Positions 1-9,006 are shown, counted from the stretch's first letter. The stretch: DNA of 34,519 nucleotides from Nitrospinaceae bacterium (GCA_046754465.1 JBHHVU010000032.1:1-34519); one strand, 5' to 3'. The notes: generated by a model from the letters alone, not told the origin. Program-made: numbers and translations.

Positions 1-328
1 CCTTTTGGATTTCCTCCCGCACCGCGGCGGCATTGTCTTCCTTCCAGGCCTTCATCTTTTTGTCGATTTCTTCCAGTTTGGCGCGGATCACTTTTTCCAG
101 TTTGGGATCGATATTCTCCTGGATTTTTTCCAGACAGTCGCGGCCATTTTTTATCGCTTCGTGCAGTTTTTCTTCGATCTCCTCTTCAAGCGCCTCTTTT
201 CGCGAGTCCACATGCTCCGTCAGCATTTCCAGCTTTTCCTTCAACTCCGCGATGGTCCGGAAATTTTCCCGGGCGCGGTGGATATCCTTTTCAAAATAAT
301 CCTCGGGGAGGGATCCTCTGGCTTCCAT
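1..328 (-). CDS. Hypothetical coiled-coil protein, 5' part only (runs off the window edge)
   Basis: Not in the ORF track; translated by hand from ATG at 328 with GAGGA RBS just upstream: MEARGSLPEDYFEKDIHRARENFRTIAELKEKLEMLTEHVDSRKEALEEEIEEKLHEAIKNG..., open to the edge, E/K-rich helical. Divergent from xerC. Confidence 0.75.
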   Translation of the reverse strand, partial: MEARGSLPEDYFEKDIHRARENFRTIAELKEKLEMLTEHVDSRKEALEEEIEEKLHEAIKNGRDCLEKIQENIDPKLEKVIRAKLEEIDKKMKAWKEDNAAAVREEIQK

Positions 329-461
329 GTAATCATCCTCTTGATAGTTGAATCTTACCGATTATAAGATGCCGAAAGCCCTGTTAATATGCAAAAAATC
401 CGTGAAAAGGTCCTCTTCCTGAAATACCAGAGAAAAGGAGACCTGTAGGGAGGAGATCATC

Positions 462-490
462 TTGACTTATAATTATGAGTCGGGTAGATT
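462..490 (+). promoter_or_regulatory. Putative sigma70 promoter of the xerC-hslVU-argB operon
   Basis: TTGACT (462-467), 17-nt spacer, TAGATT (485-490), about 30 nt upstream of the xerC start. Confidence 0.5.
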
Positions 491-519
491 TATTAAATTG
501 ATTCCAAAGGGGTTAGCTT

Positions 520-1470
520 TTGAAAGACCATATTCGGGAATTTCAATCATACCTGATCGCGGAAAAAAACGCGTCGCCGCACACGGTTGCCAACTATCTC
601 AACGACCTCAAACAATTCGTGAATTTCCTCCGGGAAACAGGCCACGGAGGCGAAGAGGGACAGGTTCGCCTGGAAAACATCGACCGGCTGTGCATCCGTT
701 CATTCATGGGCTATATTTTCGAGCGCTCCCAGTGCGGCGCCACCATGAGCCGCAAGTTGTCCACGTTGAGTTCTTTTTTCCGGTTTCTCTGCCGGGAAGG
801 GCATCTGAAAACCAATTGGGCCAAATCCGTTCCCTCCCCGAAAAAAATCACGAAACTGCCCTCTTACCTCTCGGTCGACGATATGTTCCGGCTGCTGGAC
901 CTCCCCAATCCCAAAACCTTCCTTGGGGCGCGGGACCGGGCGATTTTCGAGCTGTTTTACAGCACCGGGATTCGAATCAGCGAGCTGGTGGGGCTGGTCC
1001 TTGAGGACTTGCACTTGGACCACCGAATGGTTAAGGTAAGAGGAAAAGGGAAAAAAGAACGGTTGCTGCCCTTGGGCGGCAAATGCATCGACGCCATTCA
1101 GGACTACCTGGCATTCCGGGAGAAGTGGATGAAAGATCGCGCGGCCTCCCAACCGGTCCCGCGCGAAGTGTTCCTGAATCACCGGGGGAAAAGCCTGTCA
1201 ACACGGGGAGTCCGCAAGATCATGGAGAAATACATCAAACAAAACTATTTTCCAGGCAAAATATCCCCTCACTCGATCCGGCACTCGTTTGCCACCCACA
1301 TGCTCGAGGCGGGGGCCGATTTACGGTCCATACAGGAAATGCTGGGGCATTCGAGCCTGTCGACCACACAAAAATACACGCATTTGACGATCGACCGGCT
1401 GGCGGAAACCTACGACAAAGCCCATCCCCGGGCACGGCGAAAAACCCTGGCCTCCACCGGTAAACCATGA
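520..1470 (+). CDS. xerC: Tyrosine recombinase XerC
   Basis: Catalytic motifs TGIRISEL, VRGKGKKER, HSIRHSFATH, LGHSSLSTTQKYTH; 316 aa; classic position upstream of hslVU. Confidence 0.9.
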   Translation: MKDHIREFQSYLIAEKNASPHTVANYLNDLKQFVNFLRETGHGGEEGQVRLENIDRLCIRSFMGYIFERSQCGATMSRKLSTLSSFFRFLCREGHLKTNWAKSVPSPKKITKLPSYLSVDDMFRLLDLPNPKTFLGARDRAIFELFYSTGIRISELVGLVLEDLHLDHRMVKVRGKGKKERLLPLGGKCIDAIQDYLAFREKWMKDRAASQPVPREVFLNHRGKSLSTRGVRKIMEKYIKQNYFPGKISPHSIRHSFATHMLEAGADLRSIQEMLGHSSLSTTQKYTHLTIDRLAETYDKAHPRARRKTLASTGKP

Positions 1471-1546
1471 CCCCTTTCGTCGACGAGGACCATCAACATT
1501 CATCCGTCCCCAACCCCGTAACTGCCAGGAGGCACAAGAATAGGCG

Positions 1547-2074
1547 ATGATGCATGCCACCACCATACTTGCGGTCCGCCATAAAGGAAAACTCGCCATG
1601 GGCGGGGACGGCCAGGTTTCCCTCGGCAACACCGTCATGAAACACAGCGCCAACAAAGTGCGGCGCATGTTTCATGACAAGATCATCGGCGGATTCGCCG
1701 GGTCCACGGCCGATGCCTTTTCCCTTTTCGGAAGGTTCGAGGAAAAGCTGGAGAAATTCCAGGGCAACCTGGCCCGGGCAGCGGTGGAGTTGGCGAAGGA
1801 CTGGCGCACCGATAAAATGCTCCGCCGGCTCGAGGCCATGCTCATCGTGGCCGACAAGGAAAAATCGTTCCTGATCTCCGGCACGGGCGACGTCATCGAA
1901 CCCGATGACGGCATTTTAGCCATCGGTTCCGGAGGCATGTACGCCCTGGCGGCGGCCAAGGCCCTTATTCAGCATTCCGACCTGGACGCCAAAACCATCG
2001 TGGAAGAGGCAATGAACATCGCGCAGTCCATTTGCATTTATACCAATTCGCAGATCACGATCGAGGAGTTGTAG
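1547..2074 (+). CDS. hslV: ATP-dependent protease subunit HslV
   Basis: N-terminal nucleophile [45 protein letters not shown]. Confidence 0.97.
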   Translation: MMHATTILAVRHKGKLAMGGDGQVSLGNTVMKHSANKVRRMFHDKIIGGFAGSTADAFSLFGRFEEKLEKFQGNLARAAVELAKDWRTDKMLRRLEAMLIVADKEKSFLISGTGDVIEPDDGILAIGSGGMYALAAAKALIQHSDLDAKTIVEEAMNIAQSICIYTNSQITIEEL

Positions 2075-2078
2075 TTTC

Positions 2079-3512
2079 ATGGACACCCCTATTTCAAAGG
2101 ATACTCCCGCCGGCAAGGCGGCCTCCAACAACGAGAATCCCGGAAACGAATTCGTCGCCGCCATGACGCCGCGGGAAGTCGTCCGGGAGTTGGATAAATA
2201 TATCGTCGGCCAGACCAAGGCCAAACGGGCCGTGGCCATCGCCCTCCGGAACCGCTGGCGGCGCCTGCAGATTTCGAAGGACATGCGGGACGAGGTGGCG
2301 CCCAAAAACATCCTCATGATCGGTCCGACCGGGGTCGGCAAAACCGAAATCGCCCGCCGCCTGGCCCGGCTCGCCAAGTCCCCCTTCGTCAAGGTCGAAG
2401 CCTCCAAATACACTGAAGTCGGCTATGTCGGCCGCGACGTAGAGTCCATGGTCCGGGACCTGGTCGAATTGAGCCGAACCATGGTCCGGGAAGAAATGGA
2501 AATCGAGGTCCGGCAAAAAGCCCGTCAAATGGCGGAAGACCGCTTGCTGGACCTGCTTTTGCCGCCGCCCCCGGGGCGGCCTCACCCGCAGGACGATCCG
2601 CATCTGGACCCCATCGGGAAACAACAGCACCAGACCACCCGGGAAAAATTCGCCCGCTATCTGAAAGAAGGCCGGTTCGACGAGCGCATGGTCGATGTGG
2701 AAATCCGCGAAAAAGCCAGCCCCATGATCGATGTCATCTCAGGCGCGGGCATGGAAGAAATGGGAAACAACCTGAAAGACATGCTGGGGTCCATGCTTCC
2801 CCCCCGGATCAAAAGAAAAAAGCTCAAAGTTCCGGATGCCTTTAAAGTGCTCGTCCAGGAAGAGGTGGAAAAACTGATCGATCCGGAAAAAGCCGCCCAA
2901 ACCGCCCTGGAACGGGCCCAGCAGAATGGAATCATCTTCATCGACGAAATTGACAAAATCATCGGCAGGCAGGGCCCGACAGGGGGCGCCGACGTATCCC
3001 GCGAAGGGGTGCAGAGGGATATGCTGCCCATCGTGGAAGGGTCTTCCGTGAACACCAAATACGGGATCATCAAGACCGATCATATTCTGTTCATCTCCGC
3101 CGGGGCCTTTCACGCCGCCAAACCCTCCGACCTGATCCCCGAATTTCAGGGCCGGTTCCCCATCCGCGTCGAACTGGACTCTCTCGGCAAGGAGGACTTC
3201 GTAAGAATATTGACCGAACCCGACAACGCTCTCGTCAAGCAATATTCCGCCCTGCTGAAATCGGAAGGCATCGACCTGACCTTTTCGGAAGATGCCATCC
3301 AGGAAATCGCCGGGATGTCGGCACTGGTCAATGAGCGGACGGAAAACATCGGAGCCCGGCGTCTGCAAACCATCATGGAAAAACTGCTGGAAGACATTTC
3401 TTTTGACGCGCCGGATATGGAAGAAAAAACCGTGGTCATAGACGGCGAATCCGTCCGTCAAAAACTCAAGGATATTATCCAGAACGAAGATCTAAGCCGC
3501 TACATACTCTGA
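2079..3512 (+). CDS. hslU: ATP-dependent protease ATPase subunit HslU
   Basis: Walker [27 protein letters not shown], Walker [11 protein letters not shown]-terminal DLSRYIL. Confidence 0.97.
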   Translation: MDTPISKDTPAGKAASNNENPGNEFVAAMTPREVVRELDKYIVGQTKAKRAVAIALRNRWRRLQISKDMRDEVAPKNILMIGPTGVGKTEIARRLARLAKSPFVKVEASKYTEVGYVGRDVESMVRDLVELSRTMVREEMEIEVRQKARQMAEDRLLDLLLPPPPGRPHPQDDPHLDPIGKQQHQTTREKFARYLKEGRFDERMVDVEIREKASPMIDVISGAGMEEMGNNLKDMLGSMLPPRIKRKKLKVPDAFKVLVQEEVEKLIDPEKAAQTALERAQQNGIIFIDEIDKIIGRQGPTGGADVSREGVQRDMLPIVEGSSVNTKYGIIKTDHILFISAGAFHAAKPSDLIPEFQGRFPIRVELDSLGKEDFVRILTEPDNALVKQYSALLKSEGIDLTFSEDAIQEIAGMSALVNERTENIGARRLQTIMEKLLEDISFDAPDMEEKTVVIDGESVRQKLKDIIQNEDLSRYIL

Positions 3513-3515
3513 CCC

Positions 3516-4436
3516 GTGAAAAAAAGTATCCAAAAAGCGGAAATCCTGATCGAGGCCCTCCCCTTCATCAAATCGTTTTACGACAAGACCGTGGTCATCA
3601 AATACGGTGGCAACGCCATGGTCTCCAAGGATTTGAAGGAAAACTTCGCCCTCGACATCGTCCTGATGAAATACGTCGGCATCAATCCAGTCATCGTGCA
3701 TGGCGGCGGCCCGCAGATCGGGAAAACCCTCGATGCTTTGGGCATCCCTTCCGAGTTCGTGGGCGGACAACGCGTGACCGACCAGGAAACCCTGGATGTC
3801 GTGGAAATGGTGTTGGGGGGAAAAGTCAACAAGGAAATCGTATCCCTGATCAACCGGCACGAGGGAAATGCTGTCGGCATCACCGGAAAAGACGGCGACC
3901 TGATCCTCGCCAAACGGCACCGGAAGGTCAAGAAATCCGCGGAGACCAACCGGCCCGAGATCATCGACCTGGGGCTGGTGGGAGAGATCATCCGGGTCAA
4001 CCCCAAAATCCTGGAAGTCCTGGATAAGAACGAATTCATTCCAGTGATCGCCCCCATTGGCAAAGGGAAAAACCAGGAAACCCTGAATATCAACGCCGAT
4101 TACGTGGCCTCCAGCATCGCGGGCGCGCTGAAAGCCGAAAAACTGATCCTGATGACCGATACGGAAGGGGTCCTGGGAAAAGACCGGTCCCTCATTTCCG
4201 AACTGACCCGGAAAGAAGCGGCCCGGCTGATTCGCACCGGGGTGGTCAAGGACGGCATGCTGCCCAAGGTCAACTGCTGCATCGATGCCCTGAAGGCCGG
4301 GGTGCACAAGACCCATATCATCGACGGGCGGATCAAACACGCCCTCCTCCTGGAAATTTTTACGGAGAAGGGGATCGGCACCCAGATCATGGAAAATCAT
4401 GCCGGTCCCTCCTCCAAGGGAATGAAACGGTCCTGA
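3516..4436 (+). CDS. argB: Acetylglutamate kinase
   Basis: [38 protein letters not shown] motifs. Confidence 0.96.
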   Translation: MKKSIQKAEILIEALPFIKSFYDKTVVIKYGGNAMVSKDLKENFALDIVLMKYVGINPVIVHGGGPQIGKTLDALGIPSEFVGGQRVTDQETLDVVEMVLGGKVNKEIVSLINRHEGNAVGITGKDGDLILAKRHRKVKKSAETNRPEIIDLGLVGEIIRVNPKILEVLDKNEFIPVIAPIGKGKNQETLNINADYVASSIAGALKAEKLILMTDTEGVLGKDRSLISELTRKEAARLIRTGVVKDGMLPKVNCCIDALKAGVHKTHIIDGRIKHALLLEIFTEKGIGTQIMENHAGPSSKGMKRS

Positions 4437-4572
4437 ACGCCCGGCACCCCCCTTTTCCGGGGACCGAATTCGCCTCCCCACAGCCACCGTTTGGCCCACT
4501 TATCCCATTATTCGAATTATAAACCGGGTCCTGAATTCCATTTACCTGGGTTCATGCAATGGGGGCTAGTCA

Positions 4573-4601
4573 TTGACATAGGGTTTTTTGGCTGATAATT
4601 T
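4573..4601 (+). promoter_or_regulatory. Putative sigma70 promoter of hrcA-grpE
   Basis: Perfect TTGACA (4573-4578), 17 nt, TAATTT (4596-4601). An extended -10 TGTTAAAAT also lies at 4601-4609. Confidence 0.55.
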
Positions 4602-4653
4602 GTTAAAATTAAAAGGTGAGGCAATATCAATCCCTTGGATATTCAAACCCGCG

Positions 4654-5703
4654 ATGGACGAGCTTAAGCTTGAAGGAAGAAAAAGAGCCGTATTACTGGA
4701 AGTTGTCAACCATTACATCCAGAAGGCCGAGCCGGTAGGGTCCCGGAGCATTTCCAAAAAACTGCTGGAAAGGCTCAGTCCCGCAACCATCCGCAACGTC
4801 ATGTCGGACCTCGAGGAGATGGGTTACCTCCAGCAGCCCCACACCTCCGCCGGCCGGGTCCCCACAGACCAGGGTTACCGGTTTTATGTGGACCAATTGC
4901 TGAGGCCCCCGAATTTTCTCAAAGAAGCGCAAATTCTGACCGACGCCGCGAAATATGATCCCAAAAACCCGAACCTGCATGAAGTGCTGGAAAAAGCCTG
5001 CACCCGCCTGTCCCAGGTTTCCCATCAAACCGGGCTGGTCATGCTTCCCCCCTTCTCCAATATGCTGTTCAAACATATCGAATTCGTTAAAGTCGGGTCC
5101 CGGGCAGCCCTGGCGGTGTTTTTTTCCGACTGGGGAGTCCTGCAGAACAAAATCATCCCTGTGGAAAAGGAGTTGACCCAGGACCAGTTGACCTCGATTT
5201 CCCGGTACCTGAACGAGGAATTCAGCGGCAAATCGATCAAGGGCATCCGGGACGAACTCCTGCACCGGCTGAAACACGAACGGGAGCATTACAACCAGCT
5301 GATGAAAAAAGCCATGGACCTCTCCACCCGGCTCTTCGTCGAGGAACACGAGAGCGACTCGCTGCTGGTGGAAGGCGCCCTGAACCTGCTGGACAAACCG
5401 GATTTCACCGCCGACCTGGATAAAATCAAGGTCCTTCTGAAAACCCTGGAAGAAAAAACCAAGCTGGTCAAGCTTCTCGACCTTTGCCTGCAACACGACG
5501 GCATGACCATCCTCATCGGTGAGGAAAACCTGAACGAGGAAATGCGGGGCTGCAGCCTGATCGCGCAGAATTACCGGAAAGACAACGAAAAAATGGGGAC
5601 CGTGGCCATCTTCGGACCCAAGCGCATGGACTACAAAAAGATCATTTCCATTGTCAACCAGACGGCCAAAACCGTTTCCAATCTTATTTCAGAGAAAAAA
5701 TAG
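4654..5703 (+). CDS. hrcA: Heat-inducible transcription repressor HrcA
   Basis: EPVGSR, SPATIRNVMSDLEEMGYLQQPHTSAGRVPTDQGYRFYVD, GPKRMDY. ATG 4654 preferred to the TTG at 4588, which lies inside the promoter. Confidence 0.95.
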   Translation: MDELKLEGRKRAVLLEVVNHYIQKAEPVGSRSISKKLLERLSPATIRNVMSDLEEMGYLQQPHTSAGRVPTDQGYRFYVDQLLRPPNFLKEAQILTDAAKYDPKNPNLHEVLEKACTRLSQVSHQTGLVMLPPFSNMLFKHIEFVKVGSRAALAVFFSDWGVLQNKIIPVEKELTQDQLTSISRYLNEEFSGKSIKGIRDELLHRLKHEREHYNQLMKKAMDLSTRLFVEEHESDSLLVEGALNLLDKPDFTADLDKIKVLLKTLEEKTKLVKLLDLCLQHDGMTILIGEENLNEEMRGCSLIAQNYRKDNEKMGTVAIFGPKRMDYKKIISIVNQTAKTVSNLISEKK

Positions 5704-5720
5704 GAGATCGACCAGGATTT

Positions 5721-6422
5721 ATGAAAACCAATAAACCCTCCGGCAACCATAAAAAAAATAACAGCGAGGATAAGGAAACTCACAACGGCGAAGAAAATAT
5801 CGAGGCGGCCCCCCCCGAAGAGGCTCGGGAAAACGAGGAACCCCCGGCTGAAACCGGAAAAGCGGAAAAAGACCCGGTCGAAGTCCTCAGCGAACAGTTG
5901 AACGAAAAAGAAGAGCAAATCCGGGAGCTATGCAACGAAATTCTGCGGGTCAAGGCAGATACGGAGAACGTCCGGAAACGCCTCCGAAAGGAAAAAGACG
6001 ATTTCGTCCAGTTCGCCAACGAGAAACTGATCAAGGACCTGATACCCATCAAGGACAACCTCGAACGCGCCCTTTCCGCCCCCAACACCACCGTGGAGAG
6101 CCTGAAGCAGGGGGTGGAAATGATCCTCAAGCAATTCGACACCTTCCTGGAAAAAGAAAAAGTCGAGCCCATCGAAGCCCTGGGCAAAACCTTCGATCCC
6201 TCCCTGCACGAAGTCTTGCACCAGGAGGAAACCGACGCGTGCGAGGAAAACACAGTCACCCAGGAATATTCCAAGGGCTACTACCTGAACGGCCGGATCC
6301 TGCGTCCCGCGAAAGTGGTGGTGGCCAAACCTCCCACGAACAAGAAAGCACAAAAACCCGGCAAGAAAGAATCCGGAGATACCGAAGAAGCGGAAGAATC
6401 CGAGTCCTCCACCGTCGGCTAA
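5721..6422 (+). CDS. grpE: Nucleotide exchange factor GrpE
   Basis: ADTENVRKR, DNLERAL, FDPSLHE, KGYYLNGRILRPAKVVV; AGGAG RBS; follows hrcA. Confidence 0.95.
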   Translation: MKTNKPSGNHKKNNSEDKETHNGEENIEAAPPEEARENEEPPAETGKAEKDPVEVLSEQLNEKEEQIRELCNEILRVKADTENVRKRLRKEKDDFVQFANEKLIKDLIPIKDNLERALSAPNTTVESLKQGVEMILKQFDTFLEKEKVEPIEALGKTFDPSLHEVLHQEETDACEENTVTQEYSKGYYLNGRILRPAKVVVAKPPTNKKAQKPGKKESGDTEEAEESESSTVG

Positions 6423-6518
6423 GGGGGTCTCCTCTTGCCTGCATTTTACCGGCCCGTTTGGGAAGCGGGGCTTCATTGGGAGGAAACCGCGGCATCCACG
6501 GGCTGAAAGTTGGGATGT

Positions 6519-6599
6519 GCGTGGTTTGACAGGACGAACAGGATAGCCCGTGTAGGCTATTTTGAAATCCTGGCGAATCAGGTCCCTCCCATTGCAGTT
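6519..6599 (+). repeat. Cassette-leader repeat, copy 1
   Basis: GCGTGGTTTGACAGGA followed by a 62-nt core (6538-6599) matching 7304-7365 at 55/62 by manual alignment. Internal hairpin ATAGCC..GGCTAT lies inside CAGGAT..ATCCTG. Confidence 0.85.
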
Positions 6600-6695
6600 A
6601 AGAAAGCACTCGATCCGTTCCTACGTTCCTCGTTCCCGCCCCCAATCAATCCATTCAATCGGGCATCTACCATTTTAACAATGGAGGATTGCATT

Positions 6696-7172
6696 ATGAA
6701 TACAAAGACCCTGAACAGGAGAATTTTCTTGAAGAAAGGCCTGATTGCGGCAGTAGCTTTTGGAGCCGCGAATTTAAATCCTTATTTCGCCTTTGCCCAA
6801 TCCGCATCCAAAAAAGAAACCAACCTATTTAAACAAATCAACCGGGCCAAGGACCCTGAAATTTTACAAGGTTTAGAATTGGGGCATGTCCCCCGAATAA
6901 AAGCTCCGGAGGCCATTAAACCAGGAGTCCCGTTTGAGGTAGAGGTCAGGGTAGGAAAGAAACTTCATGAAATGATACCGGCTCATTTTATCGACTGGGT
7001 GGATTTGTACGCCGATGAAATCTTTCTTACCAAATTCATTCTCACACCCAACTTTACCCAGCCGGTTTGCAAAGTGTTTGTAACCCTGAACACCTCCGCA
7101 ACCCTCAGGGCCATCGAACATTGCAATCTGCACGGGTTATGGGAAGGAACAAAACCGATACAAGTTTTGTGA
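6696..7172 (+). CDS. Tat-exported superoxide reductase-like (desulfoferrodoxin/neelaredoxin Fe-binding domain) protein
   Basis: GGAGG RBS at 6683-6687; twin-arginine signal NRRIFLK...AFA; iron ligands HVP, HEMIPAHFIDW, CNLHGLWE. Confidence 0.85.
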   Translation: MNTKTLNRRIFLKKGLIAAVAFGAANLNPYFAFAQSASKKETNLFKQINRAKDPEILQGLELGHVPRIKAPEAIKPGVPFEVEVRVGKKLHEMIPAHFIDWVDLYADEIFLTKFILTPNFTQPVCKVFVTLNTSATLRAIEHCNLHGLWEGTKPIQVL

Positions 7173-7217
7173 TTCCTCTCCCTCCCCAAACAACCCCGGG
7201 GTGACGGATTCAGGTGA

Positions 7218-7365
7218 GCGTGGTTTGACAGGATAAAGGAAAAATTGAAATCCCCCTTTGCTAAAGGGGGCCGGGGGGATTTTTGACAGGATCGACAGGA
7301 TGTACAGGATAGCTCGATTCGGCTATTTTAAATTCCTGGCGAATAAGGTCCCTCCCATTGCAGTT
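7218..7365 (+). repeat. Cassette-leader repeat, copy 2, interrupted by a hairpin element
   Basis: Same GCGTGGTTTGACAGGA start and same 62-nt core as copy 1. TTTGACAGGAT occurs twice (7224-7234, 7282-7292) around the inserted segment, followed by tandem ACAGGAT units. Confidence 0.85.
7248..7283 (+). repeat. REP-like palindromic element (left copy)
   Basis: AAATCCCCCTTTGCTAAAGGGGGCCGGGGGGATTTT: 8-bp stem CCCCCTTT/AAAGGGGG, with alternative pairing AAATCCCCC/GGGGGATTT. Confidence 0.8.
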
Positions 7366-7434
7366 GTAGCCAGGAAAGGACCTTGAGCGGTTCATGTTCC
7401 TGACGTTCTTTTCCTTCATTTTACTTGAATATTT

Positions 7435-7914
7435 ATGATTTCGGACGCTGTGATTTTAGAACGGGCGTTAAGTTTTGCGAAAGTAGAGATGCATACCATT
7501 GGCCTTCAGTGTCGCCGCTTACGAACAAAGGAGCCAGAAGATGAGGAGTTTCGTTTGCGTTGGTGGGCGGACCTCCAATTTCTTATCGTCGCTCTTACGC
7601 GGTTAAGGCGTTCCGTTGAGCTTGCCCAGAAGGTTACTTCAGCCAAGAAAAATCTCTCCTCCGCATTAAAAATTTTCGACAAAACCCTCCCCGACCTAAT
7701 TACAATGCGCAATGTTGGTGAACATTTCGATGTTTATGTTCGTGGCAAGGGCAAAAATAAAACGGTAAGCCCCAAATCACTTCAGACCGGAACTTTTGAC
7801 CGAACTACCTATAAATGGTTGGACAAAAGTATCAATATCGACGCCGCCCATAAAGCCGCTGAAGAACTTTATTCCGCGCTTCTTAACCTAAAAAAGAGCT
7901 TATGCCAGAGGTGA
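7435..7914 (+). CDS. Hypothetical all-helical protein with HEPN-like RxxxxH motif
   Basis: 159-aa ORF, AT-richer than flanking genes, helical pattern, motif MRNVGEHFD matching R-N-x3-H. Confidence 0.65.
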   Translation: MISDAVILERALSFAKVEMHTIGLQCRRLRTKEPEDEEFRLRWWADLQFLIVALTRLRRSVELAQKVTSAKKNLSSALKIFDKTLPDLITMRNVGEHFDVYVRGKGKNKTVSPKSLQTGTFDRTTYKWLDKSINIDAAHKAAEELYSALLNLKKSLCQR

Positions 7915-7947
7915 AAATCCCCCCCGCCCCCTTTAAAAAGGGGGAGA
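7914..7947 (-). repeat. REP-like palindromic element (right copy, inverted); may also act as a terminator
   Basis: AAAATCCCCCCCGCCCCCTTTAAAAAGGGGGAGA is a near reverse complement of 7248-7283 and begins on the stop codon of the 7435 gene. Confidence 0.8.
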
Positions 7948-7965
7948 ATACATAATCAGATTTTT

Positions 7966-7985
7966 ATCTTGTTCATCCTGTCCAA
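7966..7985 (-). repeat. Inverted copy of the GACAGGAT-type end motif
   Basis: ATCTTGTTCATCCTGTCCAA; its reverse complement TTGGACAGGATGAACAAGAT matches 6525-6544 (TTTGACAGGACGAACAGGAT) at 17/20. Confidence 0.75.
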
Positions 7986-8102
7986 CTTCTTGGTGAATAA
8001 TAAAGTTGTAAATTAATCCATGGCGAAAAGGTCCAAAATGATTGTACATTACCCAACAAATTTGGTTGACCGTTTTGCCCACTCCGTAACCCGGTTTTCC
8101 CC

Positions 8103-8921
8103 ATGCCCGAGCTGCCGGAAATTGAAACGTTAAAACGCGCCCTCCTTCCCCTGGTCAAAAACAAGACCCTGATCGATTCCCGGTTTTTCCGAGAGGATAT
8201 CCGCTTCCCCATCCCTTGCCGAATCCTTAAACGGGAACTGACCCGGAAAAAAATCACCGGCGTCACTCGCAAGGGGAAATACCTTCTCCTGCATTCCCAC
8301 AACGGCGCCATGATCTGGCATTTGGGAATGAGCGGCCGCATCATTCAATACGGTTCGATGGACCCGGTGGAGAAACACACCCACGCGGTGTTTCATTTCG
8401 AGGGAGACACTTTTCTGCATTTCATCGATCCCCGGCGGTTCGGGTGCATCCTCTGGGCGCCGAAAGACGAGGGCCACCCGCTGTTGAACCATCTGGGGCC
8501 GGACCCGCTGGAAGCCGCGGCCACGGCGAAGGTTCTGAAAACCAGGGCGCGCAACTGCAAGGCCCCCATCAAATCGTTTCTCATGGACGCCCGGCGGTTG
8601 GCGGGGATCGGAAATATTTACGCCTGTGAATCGCTGTTCGCGGCCCCCATCCACCCCAGACGTCCGGCGGGCAAGCTGACCCTGGCCGACTGGGAACGGC
8701 TGATTTCGGCGCTTCGCCGCACGCTGAACAACAGCATCGCCTCCGGCGGCACCACCCTGCGCGATTTTTTCAACACCGACCAGTCCCCCGGCTATTACGC
8801 GCTCCAACTTTCCGTCTATGGCCGGGAAAACCAGCCCTGCCCCCAATGCGGCGCGGCGATCGTCCGCGTCACCCATTCGGGGCGCTCCACCTTTTTCTGC
8901 AAAGTCTGCCAGAAGAAATAA
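8103..8921 (+). CDS. mutM: Formamidopyrimidine-DNA glycosylase
   Basis: N-terminal MPELPE, RKGKYL, HLGMSG, DPRRFG, GIGNIYACE, zinc finger CPQC...CKVCQ. Confidence 0.96.
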   Translation: MPELPEIETLKRALLPLVKNKTLIDSRFFREDIRFPIPCRILKRELTRKKITGVTRKGKYLLLHSHNGAMIWHLGMSGRIIQYGSMDPVEKHTHAVFHFEGDTFLHFIDPRRFGCILWAPKDEGHPLLNHLGPDPLEAAATAKVLKTRARNCKAPIKSFLMDARRLAGIGNIYACESLFAAPIHPRRPAGKLTLADWERLISALRRTLNNSIASGGTTLRDFFNTDQSPGYYALQLSVYGRENQPCPQCGAAIVRVTHSGRSTFFCKVCQKK

Positions 8922-9006
8922 CGGTCATTTTCTTTCCGGTCCGCGAGGTTCCCTGCCTTATAATGAAACCACTCCCAACCAAATTTCCAGGTAATTCCGA
9001 GGCTTC

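Noticed and set aside
5..367. Plus-strand 120-aa Phe-rich ORF
   Set aside because: Antisense shadow of the E/K-rich minus-strand gene starting at 328, which has an RBS.
520..1470. Phage or ICE integrase marking a mobile element
   Set aside because: Sequence and xerC-hslV-hslU synteny indicate chromosomal XerC; the flanks are core genes.
3492..4499. 335-aa minus-strand ORF, and similar long antisense ORFs (11429-12382, 13482-14258, 18382-19665, 28084-29034)
   Set aside because: Shadow frames opposite well-supported genes, expected with GC-rich codon usage; no motifs.
6519..7365. CRISPR array
   Set aside because: Only two long copies about 700 nt apart with a gene between them; no cas genes.
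6519..7985. Integron with attC sites (the repeat core ends in GTT and a tyrosine recombinase is in the window)
   Set aside because: No matching RYYYAAC inverse core follows either stop codon, and similarity continues weakly past the GTT. The recombinase is a housekeeping XerC in the hslVU operon with no sign of being IntI.
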